Assembly: GCA_044356295.1 (NCBI GenBank)
Contig: JBIKWN010000019.1
Span: 1-38,094, forward strand
DNA: 38,094 nucleotides
Reading direction: 5' to 3'
Source of the DNA: Bdellovibrionota bacterium
GTDB taxonomy: Bacteria; Bdellovibrionota_C; UBA2361; JBIKWN01
In this document: positions 1 through 11,187 of the stretch, in pieces
Numbering within the stretch: the first letter of the stretch is position 1
Layout of the letters: each line of letters starts with the position of its first letter
Notes under the pieces: generated by a model
The model's input: the letters and a program-made list of their open reading frames with translations, nothing else
Told to the model about the DNA's origin: nothing
Databases searched by the model: none
Made by a program: the position numbers and the translations under genes

Positions 1-1013
1 GCACCCAGGAACCTTTTAAATTTCAGACGTCACATCATTCTGAATCCGGGTGGAATGCTGCTGTTGCAGCAGGACAAAATCTATCGAAGTGCTACAGAAA
101 TCCAAAACCACTAGAGGATAGCTTTACAGTTTTTGATGTCGGTCAAATGACAGTAGCTGTTATCTGTGATGGGGTTACAAGGATTGATTCACACGATAAA
201 GAACTTGAAAAGGCGCGAATCTATCCTCAACTAAGTCCGGCAACAAAGGCTTCATTGCTTGCAGTTAAAACTATTGAAAGCACCTTTCCATTACTGTGTG
301 AATCATTTAATACCGGTGATGCTATTCAAGAGTGCTTCGGCTTATTAAATTATGCAATCGCGCAGTATAATCTCGAACTTTTGGAAAGTGGGCCGATTGA
401 TCCCGCTGCAACGACAGCTCTCATTGTTGCTCTCGAGGGGAACACGCTTCACTACGGAACCGTTGGTGATTCACTCGCTTTCATTGCTCATGATGATGGA
501 CAGATATCAGAGATTACTTCTAAGCCCAAAGGCACACACGAAATGTTCTTTGATGGATTATCTGGACGACTCAGAAAATTTCTCTATACCACTGCAGGAC
601 TAATTAGTGATAACCCTAGCGATTTTGGTTGGAAAGCGAATACCGCTATTCAAAAAAATATTAGAAATAATTTCAGGAACAAAAACGGTAAAAAAGGTTC
701 GTTTGGAGCAATTACTGGAGAAGAAGAAGGGCTCCAATTTTATAATGGTGGATCAATTGAAATTTCATACACTGACGATGTAATCGTTGCCTCTGATGGA
801 GTTCTTTCAGTGCTCGATCGGAGACACCTTAACCAATTAAGACGGGGTGAGGTTACGCCTTCAGAACTCTTAACTCTACAGGAAGAATTCGATTTACATC
901 AATCGCTCAGAAGCGATGATAAGACGATTATTCATCTGTATCGGAAAAACAGGGTTGCAATGCCGGATCCACAGCTTAGAGACCATTCATTCAAACCCGT
1001 AATTGCATCCTAA
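1..1013 (+). CDS. PP2C/PPM-family protein phosphatase-like protein, 5'-truncated by the window edge
   Basis: The frame of the 147..1013 ORF is open back to base 3 (TQEPFKFQ...PKPLEDSFTVFDVGQMTVAVICDGV). PP2C motifs present: EDSF, VICDGV, GTVGDS, VASDGV, RSDDKTII. Confidence 0.75.
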   Translation, partial: TQEPFKFQTSHHSESGWNAAVAAGQNLSKCYRNPKPLEDSFTVFDVGQMTVAVICDGVTRIDSHDKELEKARIYPQLSPATKASLLAVKTIESTFPLLCESFNTGDAIQECFGLLNYAIAQYNLELLESGPIDPAATTALIVALEGNTLHYGTVGDSLAFIAHDDGQISEITSKPKGTHEMFFDGLSGRLRKFLYTTAGLISDNPSDFGWKANTAIQKNIRNNFRNKNGKKGSFGAITGEEEGLQFYNGGSIEISYTDDVIVASDGVLSVLDRRHLNQLRRGEVTPSELLTLQEEFDLHQSLRSDDKTIIHLYRKNRVAMPDPQLRDHSFKPVIAS

Positions 1014-1206
1014 CGGCTATCGACACAAAACATAATCAAAAAGAAAAGTTATGTTCTTTGATTTGTAACTTTGTGATGACCAAATTACTGTGCGCTTTAA
1101 GGATGAGCAAAAATGTCTAGACACGCTCAAGGCCAAGATTATGGTTGTGGATCCTAGGGGACGCTCACCTTTACATCCATGCTCAGTTTTACCAAAACCA
1201 TTTTTG

Positions 1207-2076
1207 TTATACGTTGACCAACCTCTCTTCGACTAGCACAGCACTACCCTTCACTAAAACTGATTTGATATTACCATCTTCCATAGATAGATAAGCTACA
1301 ATCTCCGATGGACTGTGCATTACATAGCCTTGCTCAAAAACATACTCTGTAGATTGGCGCGGCTTATGTTCTGCAAGATAGCATGCTAGTGCGCCGCTAG
1401 AGCTTCCCGTTGCAGCCTCTTCGAAAATATCATACGCCGGCGCAAAGTTTCTGCAGTGTGCTGTGGCAGAATCCGCAATGGTATCAAATGTGAAAAGGTG
1501 AAATCCAACAGTATCGGTCGCACGATTATATTCTTTCATCCGATCATAATCGGGTTTAATTGAGAATAGATTTGATCTTGAGTTTATCGGAACAAGCACA
1601 TCGGACAGACCAGTCGATACAATCTGAGGCTTTAGTCCTGTTGACGAAATCCATTCTTGTGGGATGCGAAGAATTTGCGCCACCTCTTCATGCGGCACAT
1701 GTAAGCCGAATACAGGTAGAGCCTGTTGCATAGTCACGTATCCGTTAGCTTCAATAGTAACGTCTAATATTCCAGCGTTTAGTTCATGAGTAGTTTTTCC
1801 AGTGCCTATGAGCGAGCGAGCAAAAAGTAGAGAGTAAGTTGCAATAGTTGCATGCCCGCAAAGATCAACTTCGCTATTTGGAGTGAAAAATCGAATTTTT
1901 CGGTCAGCTTTTTGAGAGTCCATTATAAAAGCAGTCTCAGTGTACCCGACTTCTCGGGCGACTGTTTGCATTTGGAGATCACTTAAGGCGGACGCATCAA
2001 GTACTACTCCCGCCCGATTTCCACCAGAAATGTTTTGTGTAAAAGCACTGACTATTTGAACTGGTATTTCTTTCAC
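1207..2076 (-). CDS. PhzF family phenazine-biosynthesis-like epimerase/isomerase
   Basis: Family motifs SAFT..GGNRAGVV, YTETAF, IRFFTPNSEVDLCGHAT, EEAATGSSSGALACYL, EQG. Confidence 0.92.
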   Translation of the reverse strand: MKEIPVQIVSAFTQNISGGNRAGVVLDASALSDLQMQTVAREVGYTETAFIMDSQKADRKIRFFTPNSEVDLCGHATIATYSLLFARSLIGTGKTTHELNAGILDVTIEANGYVTMQQALPVFGLHVPHEEVAQILRIPQEWISSTGLKPQIVSTGLSDVLVPINSRSNLFSIKPDYDRMKEYNRATDTVGFHLFTFDTIADSATAHCRNFAPAYDIFEEAATGSSSGALACYLAEHKPRQSTEYVFEQGYVMHSPSEIVAYLSMEDGNIKSVLVKGSAVLVEERLVNV

Positions 2077-2270
2077 GACTTATTCTTTCATGCCAAATAA
2101 GAATTTGAAACTGTAGTGGAATCTTGCACTTATAAAAGGTGAGTGGTGCTCTTTTGTACCATAAAGTCACTATGGGCATGGGAGATGCCAAAGATTGAAT
2201 CTAGTAATTTGGCCCAACATAAATATTTGTTGAATTGTTAAAATGAGCAATTCTCTATTAGAATTCTGAA

Positions 2271-2735
2271 ATGCAAGCAAATACCAGCAATCCCACAACT
2301 TTTTCGACAATCAAAGTCATGGTAATAGTTGTATTCATAATCAGCACTTTAATAATCCTGGGAATAGCTGCCAAATTTGCCTTAGCAACTAAAAGCTTTC
2401 TCGACAATGCGGTTGAAGTTAGTGGGAGGACTATCAGTATAGAATCATATCAGGGAAGATGTGGTAGCAAGAATAACAAGTATCCTTGCACATTATACCG
2501 CTCACAGATTGAATTTAGCACGCCAGGTGGCGAGGTGTTGCAAGAAAAGGTAGAGGGGAGTTTTGAAAATGAAAAAGACTTAGCACTTCTTTATTCTAAA
2601 GGTGCAAATCCTTCTTTACGTTTTAGAAACGAATCATTTTGGCTTTTTCCTATAGTACTGTGTATCGTTGCTTTTATTGAGGTAGTTGTTTGTTTGCCTA
2701 TAATTCTTTATCTATTGAAAAAGAAACGGACTTAA
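2271..2735 (+). CDS. DUF3592-like two-TM membrane protein
   Basis: N- and C-terminal hydrophobic helices flank a beta-rich domain (GRTISIE...LYRSQIEFSTPGGE...LLY...NPS), the DUF3592 layout. Confidence 0.6.
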   Translation: MQANTSNPTTFSTIKVMVIVVFIISTLIILGIAAKFALATKSFLDNAVEVSGRTISIESYQGRCGSKNNKYPCTLYRSQIEFSTPGGEVLQEKVEGSFENEKDLALLYSKGANPSLRFRNESFWLFPIVLCIVAFIEVVVCLPIILYLLKKKRT

Positions 2736-2766
2736 TTACTCTCGTACATCGTGTGAATGGAAAGGC

Positions 2767-5700
2767 CGGTCGATCCCGCGCACGCGGGGAACACTATTGA
2801 TAATTAAATATAAGGATAATAAAGAACGGTTCATCCCCGCGCACGCGGGGAACACTCTTTCCAAATCTTTCGCGCTCCATCTCGCATCGGTTCATCCCCG
2901 CGCACGCGGGGAACACTTTTCGTCTAGTGCGGGATTATCGTTCTCATCCGGTTCATCCCCGCGCACGCGGGGAACACAATTATAGGCGTTATCATAGTAG
3001 CGGTAGGAACGGTTCATCCCCGCGCACGCGGGGAACACACCAGGATTCCACGAAACGATGTTTCCTTTGGCGGTTCATCCCCGCGCACGCGGGGAACACA
3101 CGTAAGTGATAAACGATTCTCTATTCTGTATCGGTTCATCCCCGCGCACGCGGGGAACACAAACCAAATCAAATCAGCTTCAACGTTATAGTCGGTTCAT
3201 CCCCGCGCACGCGGGGAACACGATACCAATTTCATTATGTGATGTATTAGTGCCGGTTCATCCCCGCGCACGCGGGGAACACTCTGCCATTGCTTTAAAT
3301 GGCGTAGATATTCCCGGTTCATCCCCGCGCACGCGGGGAACACTACTTTCAGTGCTGAAAAGATAGTTATTGAGTCGGTTCATCCCCGCGCACGCGGGGA
3401 ACACCTTGGATTGCATTGATTGAGTAGTTCGTTCCACGGTTCATCCCCGCGCACGCGGGGAACACATCGTACATAACTCTAATTATTCCTGTAAAAACGG
3501 TTCATCCCCGCGCACGCGGGGAACACATGCCAAATCTTGCCGGACGTATTGCAAGGTACGGTTCATCCCCGCGCACGCGGGGAACACTAAGAGCTGCTGA
3601 GTAGTAGCCTTAGTTAAATCGGTTCATCCCCGCGCACGCGGGGAACACATCTCTTCCCTCTGATTTACCTTCTTCTTAGCCGGTTCATCCCCGCGCACGC
3701 GGGGAACACATCTTTGACAAAGATTTTACCCTCATCATCGACGGTTCATCCCCGCGCACGCGGGGAACACATTTTGGAGTTTGTTATCCAATACCCTATA
3801 AGCGGTTCATCCCCGCGCACGCGGGGAACACTGTAGCCAAGTATAAAGTCTCAGATTCTAAGTCGGTTCATCCCCGCGCACGCGGGGAACACAAATGAGC
3901 CGAAGAGACTGTAAGTTTTAAAAACGGTTCATCCCCGCGCACGCGGGGAACACTGAACAAGATGAAATGCTATACGAGAGTTTCGCGGTTCATCCCCGCG
4001 CACGCGGGGAACACTTACCTGAGAAGGAATAATATAACTAATTAAACGGTTCATCCCCGCGCACGCGGGTAACACCTTTCGTTTTCGTGCTCTCTTTAGT
4101 TGTAGTTCGGTTCATCCCCGCGCACGCGGGGAACACACTGCAGCGTCTGAGAGGTTTTGCCCTTGGTACGGTTCATCCCCGCGCACGCGGGGAACACATT
4201 TAGCGTAGTTATTTCCCCCGCCGCTTTAGCGGTTCATCCCCGCGCACGCGGGGAACACGCTGGTAAACCTGCTTCGAATTGTCCACCGAACGGTTCATCC
4301 CCGCGCACGCGGGGAACACCAGATACAACAAGAACAAGACCGCGCCAAGTACGGTTCATCCCCGCGCACGCGGGGAACACGTCGATTTTAGCTTGAGCGA
4401 GGCGCTCGGCATCGGTTCATCCCCGCGCACGCGGGGAACACCTACGGAGAGATTAGACTAAATGCGCGTTGTCCGGTTCATCCCCGCGCACGCGGGGAAC
4501 ACGCGTAAAACAGGCTTAAGGGAATTGTGACTAACGGTTCATCCCCGCGCACGCGGGGAACACTATCTCAATGCACGCTATATTATGCCCGATAACGGTT
4601 CATCCCCGCGCACGCGGGGAACACAGCGAGTTTGCGCCGATGGATGCAGGCTGGTACGGTTCATCCCCGCGCACGCGGGGAACACCCGAAGAGTTTAAGC
4701 AATCTAATCAATGTCGGCGGTTCATCCCCGCGCACGCGGGGAACACATAGGGATTCAATTGGAATCTATTGACAGTCTCGGTTCATCCCCGCGCACGCGG
4801 GGAACACTAGCTGAAATAACTATTGGTGGCGGTGAATCTCGGTTCATCCCCGCGCACGCGGGGAACACGAGTTAAGAATTCAACGTGACGATTCAGGATT
4901 CGGTTCATCCCCGCGCACGCGGGGAACACGACTCTTCGCACCAAATCTCGTGGAGCTCTGCCGGTTCATCCCCGCGCACGCGGGGAACACCAAGTAGGTT
5001 TTAAAATAACTCGTTACGAATCCGGTTCATCCCCGCGCACGCGGGGAACACATTACTTATTATTATATTGTTGTTTATTTGTTCGGTTCATCCCCGCGCA
5101 CGCGGGGAACACGTCTTCACTCTCAAAATACGTTGAAAAAATTACGGTTCATCCCCGCGCACGCGGGGAACACAAGCGTGCTCCCTGATACCGATGTTTT
5201 TACATCGGTTCATCCCCGCGCACGCGGGGAACACTACTAGAGAATCGGTCTACCAGTTTGTTTTCACGGTTCATCCCCGCGCACGCGGGGAACACGGTTT
5301 TCTTTAGCGGCGCGTCACCATCTGAAACGGTTCATCCCCGCGCACGCGGGGAACACCAGATGAACTTCCAGAACGAGACGCAATAACACGGTTCATCCCC
5401 GCGCACGCGGGGAACACTTCTGTTAATTGTTTTTTATTCATGATGTCCTCGGTTCATCCCCGCGCACGCGGGGAACACATCTACGAGTGGTTGATGAGGA
5501 TCAGTTCGAGCGGTTCATCCCCGCGCACGCGGGGAACACTAATTTTCTCGCTCGAGTTCAATTTGTGCGCTCGGTTCATCCCCGCGCACGCGGGGAACAC
5601 CGATATAGAGATATATAGATCTTGTAGGTTACCGGTTCATCCCCGCGCACGCGGGGAACACGTTTCTAGTGTTCCTCTTCTCTTAATAAAACACGGTTCA

Positions 5701-6882
5701 TCCCCGCGCACGCGGGGAACACTAAGGGGTTTACGTGCAACCCAATAGAATCCGCGGTTCATCCCCGCGCACGCGGGGAACACCTTCTCTAAGCATACAC
5801 CGTTAGCTCTATTCACGGTTCATCCCCGCGCACGCGGGGAACACATCTTCGCTCTCAAAATACGTAGACAAAATCACGGTTCATCCCCGCGCACGCGGGG
5901 AACACATAGGTTCTATCTAAACAAGTTTCACCTGATTCGGTTCATCCCCGCGCACGCGGGGAACACGAGCCATTGGCAGGAGGCATTTCTGGTATACCCG
6001 GTTCATCCCCGCGCACGCGGGGAACACTTTTTGTATTTTGGCAAAACGAACGCCGATCCCGGTTCATCCCCGCGCACGCGGGGAACACGGTTCTATGTGT
6101 AATGAAATGAAATACTGCTACGGTTCATCCCCGCGCACGCGGGGAACACTACTAGCCTTGATTCTCTAATTTCTAAAAAGACGGTTCATCCCCGCGCACG
6201 CGGGGAACACTTTCTTTTGCCACCCGCTGGAGAGTCCCCAATCGGTTCATCCCCGCGCACGCGGGGAACACCGTATTCCTCTAGTAGTGAGTAATCTAAA
6301 AATCGGTTCATCCCCGCGCACGCGGGGAACACAAAAAACCAAAACTTTTAAGCGAATCGCGAGCCGGTTCATCCCCGCGCACGCGGGGAACACAAAAGCT
6401 CACGAGTTATAGCAGGGTAGTAGTCCGGTTCATCCCCGCGCACGCGGGGAACACATACCGAGAGATATACATCTTATGGGTTGCCTCGGTTCATCCCCGC
6501 GCACGCGGGGAACACAACTCTTGGATTTTTAGGTAGTTATTTCGGCTCAGGTTCATCCCCGCGCACGCGGGGAACACCTAAGAAGAAACAAAAGGAGCAG
6601 CGATGAAGGCGGTTCATCCCCGCGCACGCGGGGAACACAAACATCAAGATAGCTATATAATTCTAATCATCGGTTCATCCCCGCGCACGCGGGGAACACT
6701 TAGCCTTGCACTTTTTGTTTCTTCCACTTCCCGGTTCATCCCCGCGCACGCGGGGAACACGATTCTAGCCCCCTTACCTCCAGTGAATCACACGGTTCAT
6801 CCCCGCGCACGCGGGGAACACAATATACTTTTAATGGCTTTTGTAATGAGTGGCGGTTCATCCCCGCGCACGCGGGGAACAC
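2767..6882 (-). CRISPR. Type I-E CRISPR array: 68 repeats (67 full plus a degenerate trailer repeat at 2767-2794), 67 spacers, repeat GTGTTCCCCGCGTGCGCGGGGATGAACCG in transcribed orientation
   Basis: The 29-bp repeat CGGTTCATCCCCGCGCACGCGGGGAACAC (+ strand) recurs with a 61-bp period from 2827 to 6487, then at 6549-6854. Spacers are 32 bp (one is 33 bp). Internal hairpin TCCCCGC-4nt-GCGGGGA. The degenerate repeat on the left and cas2/leader on the right give minus orientation. Confidence 0.99.
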
Positions 6883-6962
6883 TATTCGAGCAACTTACCA
6901 GAAATAATGACTTTTTTGAACGTCCTTAACATTACCGAACTGTATAGAAAAAAATGCTTAGA
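6883..6962 (-). promoter_or_regulatory. CRISPR leader
   Basis: 80-bp AT-rich non-coding stretch between the cas2 stop codon and the first intact repeat, the usual leader position in I-E loci. Promoter elements were not pinpointed. Confidence 0.8.
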
Positions 6963-8184
<1,222 letters not shown>

Positions 8185-8195
8185 TTGAAGTGCAT

Positions 8196-8855
8196 TTAAG
8201 GGATTTTAATTAGCATTAGACCGCAACCGAAACCTTTAGCTGCACCAAGCCCAGTGTGCAACGTTTCCAAAAACGATTTTGAATCCTTGATTTTTAAGAC
8301 ACCACTTATATCTACTGTAGACAAAGATATTTTTTTAGAAGCTTTCCGTTTATAGAATTCGCGCTGGGTATATTCAGAATAGGTTAATGAAAGGGGATCC
8401 AAGACAAACCCACATCTTTCCTGCCGACTTTGTATCCATTCACCTACAGCAGACTGGACCAATTGATCCATAGTGGGCATTGGCTGACCTTCCAGTCGTA
8501 GTGAATGTTTTTTATGCATAACAACATCATGTCGCTTAGACCTTTTATCTTTTTCGTGTCCAACCGAAATAATGGGATTCACCCTTACAGTAAACTGCAA
8601 TTGCATATCAGGCATAAGCCGCGGATCGTATACTTTAGTCTGTGTGTAGAATAAAGAATCATCTTCATGTGGTAATTGGACCGATTGTATATAGATAGTA
8701 GGTAGATCGCCGGTTACTACTCGATAAAGAAAATCACGCTTTTGTTCTTCAGCTTTTGACATCAATGCCCATATACGCTGGTGCAGTGAATATTCATGCG
8801 ATAATTCACGCCAGGCGTTTCTAGGATCTTTAAAAGTAACTTTAGATAAATACAT
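8196..8855 (-). CDS. cas6e: Cas6e (Cse3/CasE) crRNA-processing endoribonuclease
   Basis: MYLSKV N-terminus, YSLHQRIW, RDFLYR, C-terminal G-loop GLGAAKGFGCGLM. Confidence 0.96.
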   Translation of the reverse strand: MYLSKVTFKDPRNAWRELSHEYSLHQRIWALMSKAEEQKRDFLYRVVTGDLPTIYIQSVQLPHEDDSLFYTQTKVYDPRLMPDMQLQFTVRVNPIISVGHEKDKRSKRHDVVMHKKHSLRLEGQPMPTMDQLVQSAVGEWIQSRQERCGFVLDPLSLTYSEYTQREFYKRKASKKISLSTVDISGVLKIKDSKSFLETLHTGLGAAKGFGCGLMLIKIP

Positions 8856-8864
8856 TAAATCCCC

Positions 8865-9581
8865 CTAAGGCATCATAACAGAGGCCATATATTCGTTACG
8901 CACGCCAAACTGCCAACGCGCACGACTAATAATATTATCGTGCTTGGTAAAGATAGCTATGGATTGCAAACCTGAACTAATTCCATCTTCCCAATAAATC
9001 CGAACCTCTTCGCCAGATTTTTTTTGCGGAACCCACTTTTCTCTAATTTCGGGGGCTAGGAAATATTGTGCTTGGATTTCAGCAAGACTTTCCCCAACTA
9101 GGATTTTTGGCATGCATGAAATAGCAAGCGGACAACTTTTTCTGCCAAGGTATAGGGCGCGTTCTGGTGAAGTTAATTTATCAAGTAACAAGATAAGTAA
9201 TTCCGATTCGCCAAAACAAAAAACCGAAAATACAGCATCACAAAGATATTCACGTGTCGATAAAATAGTATTCAATTCTGGCATTGCCAATTCCGAGGCT
9301 CTACTTCTGTGAGTAACACCTTTTTTGGACGAAGGCACTTGGGTAGTATGATAGTCAGATATCACCTTACGATCACCATCCAAGCGTATCGCAAACTTTA
9401 GCGTACTATTTAACTCTAAAATTTTTGCCTCATCATCTATTCGGTCATAGCCAAGTGCCGCAGATATAAAACCTATTAAAGCGGATTTGGTAGGGTAATT
9501 TAATGAATTTCTAATTTCACCGACAGCAATATCGCCCCATGATTGAAGTGGTGAATATAAAATAAAAGCAAGTGCTTGCAT
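8865..9581 (-). CDS. cas5e: Cas5e (CasD) Cascade subunit
   Basis: PLQSWG, YPTKSALIG, DYHTTQ, STREYLCDA, LYLGRKSCP. Confidence 0.96.
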   Translation of the reverse strand: MQALAFILYSPLQSWGDIAVGEIRNSLNYPTKSALIGFISAALGYDRIDDEAKILELNSTLKFAIRLDGDRKVISDYHTTQVPSSKKGVTHRSRASELAMPELNTILSTREYLCDAVFSVFCFGESELLILLLDKLTSPERALYLGRKSCPLAISCMPKILVGESLAEIQAQYFLAPEIREKWVPQKKSGEEVRIYWEDGISSGLQSIAIFTKHDNIISRARWQFGVRNEYMASVMMP

Positions 9582-9587
9582 TTAATA

Positions 9588-10655
9588 CTACTCGAATGAA
9601 GTTACAAATTTTATTAATTCAACCAGCGATCCTTTCCTTTCTGGAACTGCTAATTCAAAACTTGATGTCGCACATTTACCAAATGCAGCATCAAAATCAT
9701 CTCGCGTTAATCTAAGTTGCTTAATAGCATTAGTCAGTACGTCTCCTGTACTATCAGCCTTAACTGGATTAAGGAAACTTGAACATAATGATCGCGGTTG
9801 CTTTGTTCCAATTTCGGCAAACGCATAGGAGGCATAACTACCGTGGGCGTAACTATTCTGTTTACCAGATGGGCTTGTCGTTAATGCGGCCGAAACCAGA
9901 CCAGAAATACCTGCACGGACAAGTGCCATATCGTTACTTAGATTTTTTTTCAATCGATCTATATCTATGCATATATATTCATAAAAAACACCTGCGCCGA
10001 ATTGATTTACATCAATATGTGCTGCACCATCGCGATCAAATGACTTCCCAAGGTCATCAACGGCAGTAAAATAATCATCTTCTAAAGTCACTTTATGTAC
10101 TGACAGTGCATGCGCAACCTGTACAGCTGCCTCAATATTATAATCCTGCGCAGATGCAAGCATACGCCCAAACATTGCAACGTCTACACCACCTGGGGAT
10201 TTTTTAAGTACGTTCTGTATGGAATCGTCCGAAATATCTTCACCATCGGCTAATTTTTTTAATAATAAATCAATTTCGGCAAGTTCATGTGTCCCCATAA
10301 AGACAAGCTGTTCGGACTTTAGCTCATCTTTCCCTTTCTTATCTTCTTTCTTATCTCCCCCAAATATTGCAACAAGTTTTTTTGCCAAACCTTTTAACGC
10401 AGTGGAATCGACACCTATTGATGCACCTTGTCGCTCTATATAATGCCCGATCTCTTTTGTTCGTATTCCAAGATTACCGTGTAAGGACTCTGAAAATATT
10501 GAAGAGGTGCGCCATGCGCGCTTCAAAGATTGTGAAGATATCCTTAGACGTTGTGTATTTCCAAATACTGCTGATTTTGGGCGACCCAAATCATCCCGAT
10601 TTAGATTAGATGGTGGATATACAGTTAAAGAATGAAGTTGAATAAAGTTAGTCAT
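9588..10655 (-). CDS. cas7: Cas7 (Cse4/CasC) Cascade backbone
   Basis: PSNLNRDDLGRPK, RLRISSQSLKRAWR, DVAMFGRMLA, QVAHA, DYFTAVDDL, PSGKQNSYA. Confidence 0.97.
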   Translation of the reverse strand: MTNFIQLHSLTVYPPSNLNRDDLGRPKSAVFGNTQRLRISSQSLKRAWRTSSIFSESLHGNLGIRTKEIGHYIERQGASIGVDSTALKGLAKKLVAIFGGDKKEDKKGKDELKSEQLVFMGTHELAEIDLLLKKLADGEDISDDSIQNVLKKSPGGVDVAMFGRMLASAQDYNIEAAVQVAHALSVHKVTLEDDYFTAVDDLGKSFDRDGAAHIDVNQFGAGVFYEYICIDIDRLKKNLSNDMALVRAGISGLVSAALTTSPSGKQNSYAHGSYASYAFAEIGTKQPRSLCSSFLNPVKADSTGDVLTNAIKQLRLTRDDFDAAFGKCATSSFELAVPERKGSLVELIKFVTSFE

Positions 10656-10680
10656 GATTAATTCCTAAAAAAAATAAAAT

Positions 10681-11187
10681 TTATTTACTAGCCCCTACCT
10701 TGCGCGATTTTGCTTCGTAGAATTCTACCGCAATTTGTTTCTTTGCAGTGTCATTCCACCGACATAAAACTTCTGATAACGATCCAACATTAACTGCCCT
10801 ATTAATGAGTGGTAGAATGCGACGCATTTGTGTTAACAATTCTTCATTATCATTCCATTCTATCCGCAATAACTTTTGCATCCTTGGCTCTATAGCGGAT
10901 ATATCAGCAGACATGCTACCCAGTGTATGCGCAAAGCTTAATACACTAGAGCTATCGATATCTGCAAGAATACCAGCAACGACCGCAATCCTATCTGCGG
11001 ATACCTTGGCGTTAATAGATTGTAGTGAGTATCGCAATTTGTGGGTCTGCGGCTCTAATAACAAATCCAGAATAGATCCCCCGCGACGCAAACGGGCGCG
11101 TGCGCCAGCCCTGCCTTGCTTTAGTTCGTTCCACCATGCTTCGCAGATTGAACCAATAGTCTTTTCCTGATTAATATTAGATTCCAT
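10681..11187 (-). CDS. cse2: Cas11 (Cse2/CasB) small subunit
   Basis: WW..L...GARARLRR motif, helical composition, W...K.IA.EFY C-terminus, position between cas8e and cas7. Confidence 0.9.
   Translation of the reverse strand: MESNINQEKTIGSICEAWWNELKQGRAGARARLRRGGSILDLLLEPQTHKLRYSLQSINAKVSADRIAVVAGILADIDSSSVLSFAHTLGSMSADISAIEPRMQKLLRIEWNDNEELLTQMRRILPLINRAVNVGSLSEVLCRWNDTAKKQIAVEFYEAKSRKVGASK

Noticed and set aside
1078..1145. Intergenic frame reading DQITVRFKDEQKCLDTLKAK, faintly like an IS1595-family transposase N-terminus
   Set aside because: Too short, with no zinc ribbon or DDE region and no paired terminal inverted repeats found; unsupported without an HMM search.
4198..6548. Shared 10-mer GAAATAACTA in three spacers (4198-4229, 4808-4839, 6516-6548; mixed orientation)
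   Set aside because: Similarity largely stops beyond 10-14 nt, and an AT-rich 10-mer match among 67 spacers is plausible by chance.
2795..6853. Self-targeting spacers matching genes in this window
   Set aside because: None seen by eye; an exhaustive alignment against the genome would be needed to exclude them.
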